64,000 nt of DNA from positions 3,188 to 67,187 of the forward strand of contig JBJELD010000018.1 of assembly GCA_051878975.1 (NCBI GenBank), read 5' to 3'. Origin of the DNA: Candidatus Caccovicinus sp. (lineage in GTDB: Bacteria > Bacillota > Clostridia > Lachnospirales > Lachnospiraceae). The position numbers and the translations under genes are program-made. Below the pieces are notes generated by a model, which saw nothing but the letters and a program-made list of their open reading frames with translations, did no database searches and was not told the origin of the DNA. The number at the start of each line of letters is the position of its first letter. Position 1 is the stretch's first letter. Positions 38,248 to 46,762 of this stretch are shown here, piece after piece.

Positions 38248-38838
38248 TCAGCCCTGAAGTGTAATCACATAAACCGGATTCTGCGCCCTTTGAAGGTGGT
38301 AGTTTCCAGCTTTCTCCATCCTGGAAACCGCTACCTGCACAATCTCATAATCCGCAGTCCTCGTTTCCCGTATCCATTCCATGCACACAGCAAGTGTCTC
38401 GGCCGTTACGGAATTGATCACAATCCGGGCCTTTGGATTTTTTTCCAGCACAAGCCGGAGAACTTCCTTCAGAGAACCGCCGCTGCCGCCGATAAACACA
38501 TGACTGGGAGCCGGAAGATCCGTCAATACCCCCGGCGCCTTTCCCTTCACAATATGAAACGCTTCAAACTCCGGTGCCAGTCTCTCCCGATTTTGTTCGA
38601 TCAGACCGATGCCTTCTTCTTCTTTCTCAACCGCATAAATACAGCCGCAGGATGCTGCGCCGTCCCGCTTTTTCATGGAACTCATCATCCTCGCTGCTTC
38701 CACCGCAACTGAACCGGTCCCTGCACCGATGTCCCACAGCACAGATTCCGCCTCCAGTTCCAGCTTTGACAGCGAAACCGCACGCACCTCGCTCTTTGTC
38801 ATCGGAAGACTGCCCCGGACAAATCTGTCATCACGCAT
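38248..38838 (-). CDS. cbiT: Cobalt-precorrin-6B C15-methyltransferase (decarboxylating)
   Basis: PMTKSEVR, WDIGAGTGSV, FIGGSGG, AQNPVY; RBS GAGGT. Confidence 0.92.
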   Translation of the reverse strand: MRDDRFVRGSLPMTKSEVRAVSLSKLELEAESVLWDIGAGTGSVAVEAARMMSSMKKRDGAASCGCIYAVEKEEEGIGLIEQNRERLAPEFEAFHIVKGKAPGVLTDLPAPSHVFIGGSGGSLKEVLRLVLEKNPKARIVINSVTAETLAVCMEWIRETRTADYEIVQVAVSRMEKAGNYHLQRAQNPVYVITLQG

Positions 38839-38899
38839 GACCTCACCTTATTTCTCCTTTATTTGATTGCACGGTTTAAGACCGTTTATTGCTTTTCTG

Positions 38900-38958
38900 A
38901 GTATAGCACAATGTTTCTTAATTGTCATCTTATCACTTTTCCCTTTTTGTGCTATACT
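38900..38958. promoter_or_regulatory. Back-to-back divergent promoters for cbiT (minus) and map (plus)
   Basis: Minus ATGACA-17-TATACT and plus TTATCA-17-TATACT; both carry TTGTGCTATACT. Confidence 0.6.
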
Positions 38959-39006
38959 TAAAGTCGGTGCAAAAAACTCTGTACCCGGAAAGGAAGAAAA
39001 CAGACT

Positions 39007-39879
39007 ATGGAACTTTTAGGAAGAAATGAACCATGCTGGTGCGGCAGCGGCTTAAAGTACAAGAAATGCCATCTGGAATTTGACGAAAAAATTGAAGAAT
39101 TCCGGCGGAAAGGCTGCGTCGTACCGTCTCATAAAATGATCAAAACCCCAGAACAGATCGAGGGCATCCGGAAAAGTGCCAAAATCAACATTGCCGTCCT
39201 GGATTATGTGGCAGCGCACATCAGGGCCGGCATTACTACAGCCGAGATCGACCAGTGGGTCTACGACCAGACCACACAGGCCGGCGGCATTCCGGCTCCT
39301 CTGAATTATGAGGGCTTTCCCAACAGCGTGTGCACCTCAGTCAATGATCAGGTATGCCACGGCATCCCGTCTCCGGACGATGTGCTGAAAGAGGGTGACA
39401 TCATCAACGTGGATGTTTCCACCATCTATCACGGGTATTATTCAGATTCCTCCCGAATGTTCTGCATCGGGGAGGTTTCCCCGGAAAAGAAACGGCTGGT
39501 GGAGGTGACGAAGGAGTGCGTTCAGCTGGGACTGGCTGAAGTAAAGCCCTGGGGCTTTTTAGGCGACATGTCCCAGGCCGTTTATGATCATGCCGTGAAA
39601 AATGGCTACAGCGTTGTCCGCGAAATCGGCGGTCACGGTATCGGCCTGGAATTCCATGAAGATCCCTGGGTCGGCTACATTTACCGACGCGGCACGGAAA
39701 TGCTTCTGGTTCCCGGCATGGTCTTTACGATTGAGCCCATGATCAATATGGGAAGAAGCGACATTTTCGTAGATGACAGCAACGGCTGGACCGTTTACAC
39801 CGATGACCGCCTGCCTTCTGCCCAGTGGGAAATTCAGGTTCTGGTCACAGAAACCGGAAGCGAGGTTCTGTGCTATTAA
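39007..39879 (+). CDS. map: Methionine aminopeptidase type I with N-terminal SEC-C Zn motif
   Basis: GRNEPCWCGSGLKYKKCH; CTSVNDQVCHGIP, DSSRMF, GHGIGLEFHE, TIEPMIN, SAQWE. Confidence 0.95.
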   Translation: MELLGRNEPCWCGSGLKYKKCHLEFDEKIEEFRRKGCVVPSHKMIKTPEQIEGIRKSAKINIAVLDYVAAHIRAGITTAEIDQWVYDQTTQAGGIPAPLNYEGFPNSVCTSVNDQVCHGIPSPDDVLKEGDIINVDVSTIYHGYYSDSSRMFCIGEVSPEKKRLVEVTKECVQLGLAEVKPWGFLGDMSQAVYDHAVKNGYSVVREIGGHGIGLEFHEDPWVGYIYRRGTEMLLVPGMVFTIEPMINMGRSDIFVDDSNGWTVYTDDRLPSAQWEIQVLVTETGSEVLCY

Positions 39880-41453
39880 ACCGGAGGCTCCCCATCCGGC
39901 AGAGCCGCATCGATCTGCTGCGGGACGATCCAGGCTGCCGAAAGCTTCTCTATGGATCGCTCCAGCAGCTCCTCCGGGGAGCCGGAAAAAATCCGTTCCT
40001 CCTTATAGGACAGCCGCTCTCCCACCCAGATTCTGGCATCCTTCTGCCCGTTTTCAATCAGCTTTCTGCAGACTGCATGCAGCCGTCTGGTTCCGTCCAG
40101 CAAAAGAAAGCACTCTGCCTGATCAGCCAGACTCCAGTCCATCTCCTCGTCTCTCCCGTGAAGACTGATGATCCGAACTTTTTCCCAGCTTTTTCCCAGC
40201 CTTGCAGCAAAACAGGACAAAGACGAAATTCCCGGAATCATCCGGAACACAAATGCTCCGGATTCTTGTTCTGCCTTCTGAAGCATTCCCTGGGCACCGC
40301 TGAAAAATCCCACATCCCCGGAATACAGAATCACCGGATGGCGTACCCTGGGATGCTCCTTCAGCCAGGCAAGCATCTCTTCCGGCCGGTAGGTGAGGTA
40401 TTCCAGCCGTTCTTTCTTTGTCTTTGTTTCCTCAAACAGCCGGCAGACCTCTCTTCCGCTTTCTACCATGCGGGAAGCACCCAGAAGCGCATCGCTGTCC
40501 AAGATCGCACGAATCGCTTCTAATGTCATTTGCTCCGGATTTCCGCCGCCGATTCCGGCCAGGATCACTTCCCGGCATGTTTCCTGGCATTCTTTCCGGA
40601 AAACTTCGGAATCTTTCTCCCTGCAGGGTTCCATCAGCCACTGCTGAATCTCAGCCAGACTTTTGCCATTTTCCCTGATCGGACGTCCCACTATGACTAC
40701 ACAACAGCCCAAATCCAGCGCTGCATCCACTTTCTCCTGAAAACCGCCTTCCCGCCCGGATTCCTTGGTAATCAGATAGGAAGCTCCGGCCGCCTGCAGC
40801 ATGGCCCGGTTCATCTCATAGGAAAAAGGACCCTGCACGGCAAAAATATGTCTTCCCTTCAGCCCGATTCCGGTGCAGGCCAAAATCCCGTCTTCAGACG
40901 GAAGCACCCGGGCAAAAATCCGCTCCGGCGCATCGGGAATTGCGGCATAGCGGAACAATTCCTTGCTCCCGGTGGTGACCAGCACCCGGCGATCCGGATG
41001 CAGAGCCAGCTCCTGCTTTAAAAATGCAATTCCCTCTTCCAGAGAATTCACAAAAACCAGTTCTTTCTTTTCCTGTTCCTGCCTTTTTTCTGCTTCCTCC
41101 TGTTCAGACTTTCTGACCAGACGGTGATAGCCGATTCCGGTACTCCGACAGGCCTCCCGGATCTGTTCAGACACTTCCTTCGCATACGGATGCGTCGCAT
41201 CCACCACGGCCCAAAGCTTCTGTGTCCGGATCCACTGTACCATTTCCGAAGCCTCCATCCGCCCCTCATGAATCGTGATGCCAGGGTGCTCAAAAAGAAG
41301 CTGACGGCCGTAGGAGGTCGCCACCGAAATGGCCGCCGGTATCTCATGTTCCCGGCAGAACTCTGCCAGAAGCCGTCCCTCCAGGGTTCCTCCAAAAATG
41401 CCAAGCCTTGCTTCCTGCTGCCGGAAAACCGGCCGGTTGTCTTTTCTCTCCAT
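39876..41453 (-). CDS. cbiJ: Fused CbiJ (precorrin-6A reductase)-CbiE (C5 methyltransferase)
   Basis: FGGTLEGR, VDATHPYA, TTGSKEL, TKESGREGG, then VILAGIGGG, SGDVGFFSG, PGISSL, SLHGR, GERLSY. Confidence 0.88.
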   Translation of the reverse strand: MERKDNRPVFRQQEARLGIFGGTLEGRLLAEFCREHEIPAAISVATSYGRQLLFEHPGITIHEGRMEASEMVQWIRTQKLWAVVDATHPYAKEVSEQIREACRSTGIGYHRLVRKSEQEEAEKRQEQEKKELVFVNSLEEGIAFLKQELALHPDRRVLVTTGSKELFRYAAIPDAPERIFARVLPSEDGILACTGIGLKGRHIFAVQGPFSYEMNRAMLQAAGASYLITKESGREGGFQEKVDAALDLGCCVVIVGRPIRENGKSLAEIQQWLMEPCREKDSEVFRKECQETCREVILAGIGGGNPEQMTLEAIRAILDSDALLGASRMVESGREVCRLFEETKTKKERLEYLTYRPEEMLAWLKEHPRVRHPVILYSGDVGFFSGAQGMLQKAEQESGAFVFRMIPGISSLSCFAARLGKSWEKVRIISLHGRDEEMDWSLADQAECFLLLDGTRRLHAVCRKLIENGQKDARIWVGERLSYKEERIFSGSPEELLERSIEKLSAAWIVPQQIDAALPDGEPPV

Positions 41454-41457
41454 CCTT

Positions 41458-42189
41458 CTACCTGATTTCATATCCTCTCGGCGTCACCATATAGGGGCCG
41501 ATCTTTCTTGTTTCCGAGTTTCCCACAAACACCGTGGTAAACATATCCACGTTCCGCTCCTTCAGTTCTGCAAGAGACAAAATTTCCATCTCCTGACCTT
41601 CCCGTCCAATGTTGGACACGATTCCGCATACCGTATCTGCCGCTTTGTATCTCATTAAAAGCTCACAGGCCATTTTCAGATAGCCGCTCCGCTTTTTGCT
41701 GGACGGATTGTAGATGCAGATCACAAAATCTCCCTCTGCCGCAGCGCGAAGCCGTGCCTGGATCCTTTCCATGGGCGTCAAAAGATCGCTTAAGCTGATC
41801 ACTGCAAAATCATGAGTCAGCGGCGCTCCCAGCACCGCTCCGCCGGCCAATGCCGCCGTCACTCCGGGAATCACCTTGACCCGGACTCCCGGATAGTCCG
41901 CAAGCAGTTCCAGAATCAGCCCGGCCATCCCGTACACGCCGCTGTCTCCGCTGCACACCATGGCCGTTTCCCGCCCCATGGCTGCCTGCTCCAGCGCCAT
42001 CCTGCAGCGCGTTTCCTCCTGCCGCATCGGTGTTGTCAGAAATTCCTTGTCCGGGAAATGCTTCCGTACCAGTTCCACATAAACCGTATAGCCGGCAATC
42101 ACAGAGCACCGCTCCAGGGCGTGTACTGCCTCCAGCGTCATGTTTTCATAAGCCCCCGGTCCGATTCCAACCACATACAAATCCGCCAT
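41458..42189 (-). CDS. cbiH: Precorrin-3 C17-methyltransferase
   Basis: VVGIGPG, SGDSGVYGM, HDFAVISLSDLLTP, YNPSS, TPRGY. Confidence 0.93.
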   Translation of the reverse strand: MADLYVVGIGPGAYENMTLEAVHALERCSVIAGYTVYVELVRKHFPDKEFLTTPMRQEETRCRMALEQAAMGRETAMVCSGDSGVYGMAGLILELLADYPGVRVKVIPGVTAALAGGAVLGAPLTHDFAVISLSDLLTPMERIQARLRAAAEGDFVICIYNPSSKKRSGYLKMACELLMRYKAADTVCGIVSNIGREGQEMEILSLAELKERNVDMFTTVFVGNSETRKIGPYMVTPRGYEIR

Positions 42190-42973
42190 TTTCCTGCCTG
42201 TCCTCTCTTTCATCCATTCCTTTGCTTTTCCGATACTCCGTCTCAAAACCAGGGTCATACAGCCTGGACCGCAGATATCCTTTCTGGGCCACTGCATTTC
42301 CTACAAGAATCAACGCGGTCTTCCGGATGCCTTCCTTTTCCGCCTCCTCTGCCAGACCGGCGACGCAGCAGCAAAGGATCTTTTCCTCCGGCCAGGTTGC
42401 CTTATACACAATCGCGGCCGGCGTATCCGGCTGATATCCTCCGGCCAGCAGCTCTTTTGTCAGCTCCGGCAGCAGACCGGTGCTCAGAAAAATGACCATC
42501 GTCGCCTGATGAGCAGCAAAGGAACGGATACTCTCCCGCTCTGGCACACCGGTCCGTCCTGCCATCCTGGTGATCACCACGCTCTGGGAGACTTCCGGAA
42601 GCGTATACTCCATCTTCAGCGCCGCAGCCGCACCGCAGAAGGAACTGACCCCCGGACAGATTTCATAGAGAATGTTCCGCCGGTCCAGTTCATCCATCTG
42701 CTCCCGGATCGCCCCGTAAAGGCAGGGATCACCGGTATGCAGCCGGACTGTCGAAAGTCCTTCCTGCTCGGCCTGTTCGATCTGCCCGATGACCTCCTCC
42801 AGTGTCATTTCCGCGCTGTTGAAAATCCGGCAGCCGTCTTTTGTCTCCTTCAACAATGCTGGATTTACCAGGGAACCGGCGTAAATCACCATATCTGCAC
42901 GCTGCAGAAGCCGCAGTCCTCTCACTGTGATCAGATCCGGTGCGCCCGGTCCTGCTCCCACAATATATACCAT
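42146..42973 (-). CDS. cbiF: Precorrin-4 C11-methyltransferase
   Basis: VGAGPGAPDLITVRG, YAGSLV, RLHTGDP, EQM, SRLYD. Confidence 0.94.
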   Translation of the reverse strand: MVYIVGAGPGAPDLITVRGLRLLQRADMVIYAGSLVNPALLKETKDGCRIFNSAEMTLEEVIGQIEQAEQEGLSTVRLHTGDPCLYGAIREQMDELDRRNILYEICPGVSSFCGAAAALKMEYTLPEVSQSVVITRMAGRTGVPERESIRSFAAHQATMVIFLSTGLLPELTKELLAGGYQPDTPAAIVYKATWPEEKILCCCVAGLAEEAEKEGIRKTALILVGNAVAQKGYLRSRLYDPGFETEYRKSKGMDEREDRQENGGFVCGWNRTGGL

Positions 42974-42988
42974 CTGTTTTCTCCTTCC

Positions 42989-44161
42989 TTATTTATGGTA
43001 ACGCCAAAGCATCTGCTCCGCGCCGGAGGTCATCCCCAGAATGCCCCGGTCCTTCGTAAACAGCACTGCCTCCACTGTAAGGGAATCTCCGGCCCGTCTT
43101 TTCAGGTTTCGCTCGATCCGCTCCATGGCCATCGCCATCACAGCCGGCCGAAGTCCTTCTGTCTCCTCCAGAAGCCCCAGTGCTTCCTCTACCGTTACAC
43201 AGTTTAAGATCCTGCCGGCCAGCTCCCCCGGCGCCCCGCAGGCCGCCCCATAAGCTGCCAGACACTCCATCCGGCCGTCTGCCCAGGAGGAATGCGTATT
43301 CATCACACCGGCGGCAACCTTCAAAAGCTTCCCTGCATGGCCGATCAGCAGAATGCTGTGAATTCCGTACTCCACAGCATAATCCATGGCATTCCCAATA
43401 AAGTTGCTGCATTTTACCGCCTGAGAAAGCGAAAGCCCCAGCTTTTCAGCTGCAAATTGTTCCCCGTAATTTCCGGGCACCATAAGAAGCTCCCGTTTCC
43501 CCTCCTCGGCTCTCTGACGGATCTCCAGCCGGATGGTTTCCAGCAGAGCCGTCTCGCTCATAGGCTCCACGATCCCGCTGGTTCCCAGCACGGAAAGTCC
43601 TCCTGTAATGCCAAGCTGCGGGTTAAACGTTTTCGCGGCCAGACGCTCTCCCTCCGGAATCTCAATCGTAATACAGATTTCTCCGGTCACGCCGCAGCTC
43701 TCGCAGACAGCAGCCGTCTGTTCAAAAATCATGCTTCTCGGGACCGGATTGATGGCCCACATTCCGGGCGGACAGCTTAATCCGGCCCGGGTCACCCGGC
43801 CGATTCCCTGTCCGCCCTGCAGATACAGCGTCAGTTCCTCCCGCTGAAACATATAGCATGACTCCCTCGACTCCGGAGGCTGTTTCGACACGCAGACCGA
43901 AACCAGCGCTCCGTTGGTCACATCCGGATCATCTCCGGAAAACTTGATCACGCCGCACCGGGCCGATTCTCCGTCCGTTTCCCACTGTACCACCGGAATC
44001 CGGACCCGGATCCCCTTTGGCGTCAGAAGGGGGATCTCTTCAAGCTTTTTTCCCTGAAACAAAAGAACCGATGCCGCACAGGCCGCAGCTGCGCCGCAGC
44101 TTCCGGTGGTATAACCTCTTCTTAACCGTTTCTGATTGACATAGACATACTGTTCGTCCAT
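42989..44161 (-). CDS. cbiD: Cobalt-precorrin-5B C1-methyltransferase
   Basis: LRRGYTTGSC, GDDPDVT, AINPVPR, GGLSVLGTSGIVEP, GHAGKLLK. Confidence 0.94.
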   Translation of the reverse strand: MDEQYVYVNQKRLRRGYTTGSCGAAAACAASVLLFQGKKLEEIPLLTPKGIRVRIPVVQWETDGESARCGVIKFSGDDPDVTNGALVSVCVSKQPPESRESCYMFQREELTLYLQGGQGIGRVTRAGLSCPPGMWAINPVPRSMIFEQTAAVCESCGVTGEICITIEIPEGERLAAKTFNPQLGITGGLSVLGTSGIVEPMSETALLETIRLEIRQRAEEGKRELLMVPGNYGEQFAAEKLGLSLSQAVKCSNFIGNAMDYAVEYGIHSILLIGHAGKLLKVAAGVMNTHSSWADGRMECLAAYGAACGAPGELAGRILNCVTVEEALGLLEETEGLRPAVMAMAMERIERNLKRRAGDSLTVEAVLFTKDRGILGMTSGAEQMLWRYHK

Positions 44162-44203
44162 GCGATTCTCCTCCCTCCGGACCATGCTCTTTCCCGGCAG
44201 CTG

Positions 44204-45331
44204 TCAAAACTCCAGCTGCCACCGGGCCTGCGCCGCAGCAAGCGTCATTTTATCCAGCTGCTCCTTCGGCAGAAACAGCCGACCTTTGCTTTCCAGTACC
44301 GCAGCCCGCTCACATACATTTCCCACACCCACCGTTTTTTCCACAAAATCTGAATGGGCAAAGCTTCCTTCCACTGCCCTTAATTCCTCCGCCGTAAACC
44401 AGGAAAATTCCCATCCCCGGCTTTGACACAGAGCCAGCAGCGCCGGTTCCTCCTTTTTCTGCGCGGCCGTCGCAGCGCCTTTTACTGCCTGCGGCCAGAT
44501 GCTGTGCTTTTCAAGCCAGGCATCCACCTGCGCCTGCAGGTGCCCTGCATCGATTCCTCGCCTGCAGCCGATCCCCAGCGTAAGGATTTTCGGGACCAGC
44601 CAAAGATTCCTTCCCGCTTCTTCCCGGCTATCCTGCAGCTTGGATTTTCCACTGCTTTGCAGCCCGGCCTTCCATTTTGCTGCCTCCGGCCTGCGCACGG
44701 CAACAAACAGATTCCGTTCACAGACGGTGCCCTCCAAAAATCCCTGAGGCACAATTCCTTTCACCGGAAAATCCGAAAAAAATCCAACCGGACGCCCCGC
44801 CAGAATATCCGCTGAAATCTGTTTTGCTGCTTCCCGGTCTGAAATCCAGAGTCCTCGCTCCCGCGCAAATACATCCACCGCAAATTTCTGCTCCACATCG
44901 GTAGCAGTTGTGATGACCGGAACCGCACCGGTACATTCCGAGATCAGAAGCGCCAGTTCATTCGCTCCGCCTACATGCCCGGACAAAAGCGGAACAGCAA
45001 ACTGCCCGCTCTCATCCACCGCCACGACCGCCGGATCCCGGAATTTGTCCGCAATCCACGGCGCAGCCGCCCGGACCGCAATTCCGACTGCACCGATAAA
45101 AAGAATCCCTTCCGATTCTTCAAACTGTTTTTTTGTCCACTCAGTTAATGTTTCCGGAACCGCACACAGACCAAAATCCTCCGGTCTTGCCCCGCGGCAT
45201 TTCAGATATCCGCAGCATTGGACTCCGGCCTTTTCAAGTCCCCGTTGAATCTTCCGACACAGTCCGGCACCCGTCTCCGTAAAGCAGATTGCCGAAATCC
45301 TGGTCCCTGATTTCCACCTCATCCGTTCCAT
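44204..45331 (-). CDS. cbiG: Cobalt-precorrin-5A hydrolase
   Basis: GIAVR, DPAVV, LLSGHVGGAN, ITTATD, GIGCRRG, SDFVEKTVGVGNVCE. Confidence 0.93.
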   Translation of the reverse strand: MERMRWKSGTRISAICFTETGAGLCRKIQRGLEKAGVQCCGYLKCRGARPEDFGLCAVPETLTEWTKKQFEESEGILFIGAVGIAVRAAAPWIADKFRDPAVVAVDESGQFAVPLLSGHVGGANELALLISECTGAVPVITTATDVEQKFAVDVFARERGLWISDREAAKQISADILAGRPVGFFSDFPVKGIVPQGFLEGTVCERNLFVAVRRPEAAKWKAGLQSSGKSKLQDSREEAGRNLWLVPKILTLGIGCRRGIDAGHLQAQVDAWLEKHSIWPQAVKGAATAAQKKEEPALLALCQSRGWEFSWFTAEELRAVEGSFAHSDFVEKTVGVGNVCERAAVLESKGRLFLPKEQLDKMTLAAAQARWQLEF

Positions 45332-45482
45332 CCTCTATATTCCCGTTTTCTATCCATCCTTTTCTGTTCTGCCGCATCCTTTGTCTGGCACAAGCAGTCC
45401 TATTATAGCAAAAAAAAGGATACCGCACAATCTCCTGTCTCAGCTCCAACAGAAAACTTTGCGGCATCCCAGCCAGCTGCTT

Positions 45483-45704
45483 TCATCCTTCTCCTGACTC
45501 CAGCGCTTCTCTTTTCAGTTCCTTTTTTCGTTTTGTAATCAATCCGCCGATGCGTCCGCTCTCCTTGGCGGTCAGGCTTCTCCAGCCTCCGTTCACTACT
45601 TTATCTGCAAGCCCCAGCTCTGTGGCTATCTCAAATTTCAGAACTTCCTCCGGCTTCATATGTTTCGGATCAAATACATCCTTCTCTTTCTTCTTGTTCG
45701 ACAT
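45483..45704 (-). CDS. Small acid-soluble spore protein, alpha/beta-type (SspF-like)
   Basis: LKFEIATELGL..V..GGW..LTAKESGRIGG; upstream GTATA-N14-GGGTACACT resembles a forespore sigF/G promoter. Confidence 0.85.
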   Translation of the reverse strand: MSNKKKEKDVFDPKHMKPEEVLKFEIATELGLADKVVNGGWRSLTAKESGRIGGLITKRKKELKREALESGEG

Positions 45705-45889
45705 GAATCGTACACTCCTTTTCCCAGGAACACTTTTTCCGTACCGCGGAAAGCATTTCCTGTAATCCACAGTCAGAGTGTACCCCTTTTCCGGGGAATT
45801 ATACGGCACCTGTCTCATTTACGATAAATTCTGCGGAATAATGATCGCCGCAATCAGATAAGCCACAATTCCCGCAGCAGGCTTCTTTT

Positions 45890-46675
45890 TTATTCTTCAT
45901 CCAGATATCCCCGGTAATCCGCCGTGTGCAGAAGCTGGTTCACATACGTTACCCGCTCTTTTGCCGGGGGCTCAATGCCGGCCAGCGGATACGGAATCCG
46001 AAGCTCTTCCCACTTGAAAATGCCAAGCGTATGGTACGGAAGCACATCGAAGCGCTTTACATTCTTTAAAGACTTCACAAACTGATCCAGCTGAATCAGA
46101 TACTCATCATAATCGCTCCGTTCCGGCACCAGCACATGGCGGATCCACACCGGTTTTCCGATATCCGACAGAAACCGCGCCATGTCCAGAATGTTTGCAT
46201 TGTCATAACCAGTCAGGCGTTTATGCTGCTCCGGATCCATATGTTTGATATCCAGAAGCAGCAGATCCGTCACCTGCATCAGCCGCCTGAATTTCCCAAA
46301 AAACGGCTCCTGTCTGGTAAAAGGCTGCCCTGCCGTATCGATGCAGGTATGAACGCCTTCTGCTTTGGCTCTGGTAAACAGGTCAATCAGGAAATCGATC
46401 TGGAGCAGCGGCTCACCGCCGCTCACGGTAATTCCGCCCTTCTGTCCCCAATAGCTTCGATATTTCAACGCCCGGTCCAGAAGCAGCTCTGCCGTAAATG
46501 GCTCGCCGCCGTGGCGATGCCAGGTATCCGGATTATGGCAGAACTGGCACCGAAGCCGGCAGCCCTGCATAAAAATCACAAACCGCACGCCCGGACCATC
46601 CACCGAGCCAAATGACTCCACGGAATGGACAAAGCCAACCGCACTGTTCTGCTTCTTTTCCGAAGTCCCCTCCAT
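45890..46675 (-). CDS. pflA: Pyruvate formate-lyase activating enzyme
   Basis: VDGPGVR, GCRLRCQFCHNPDTW, SGGEPLLQ, LPYH. Confidence 0.96.
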   Translation of the reverse strand: MEGTSEKKQNSAVGFVHSVESFGSVDGPGVRFVIFMQGCRLRCQFCHNPDTWHRHGGEPFTAELLLDRALKYRSYWGQKGGITVSGGEPLLQIDFLIDLFTRAKAEGVHTCIDTAGQPFTRQEPFFGKFRRLMQVTDLLLLDIKHMDPEQHKRLTGYDNANILDMARFLSDIGKPVWIRHVLVPERSDYDEYLIQLDQFVKSLKNVKRFDVLPYHTLGIFKWEELRIPYPLAGIEPPAKERVTYVNQLLHTADYRGYLDEE

Positions 46676-46762
46676 CTTCCCATTCTCCTTCCAGCCTGAT
46701 TTTCCTCTGTTTTTTGTGATCTTCTGTGATCTCCGTCCTTTTAATACGTTCCAGCCAGTTGC

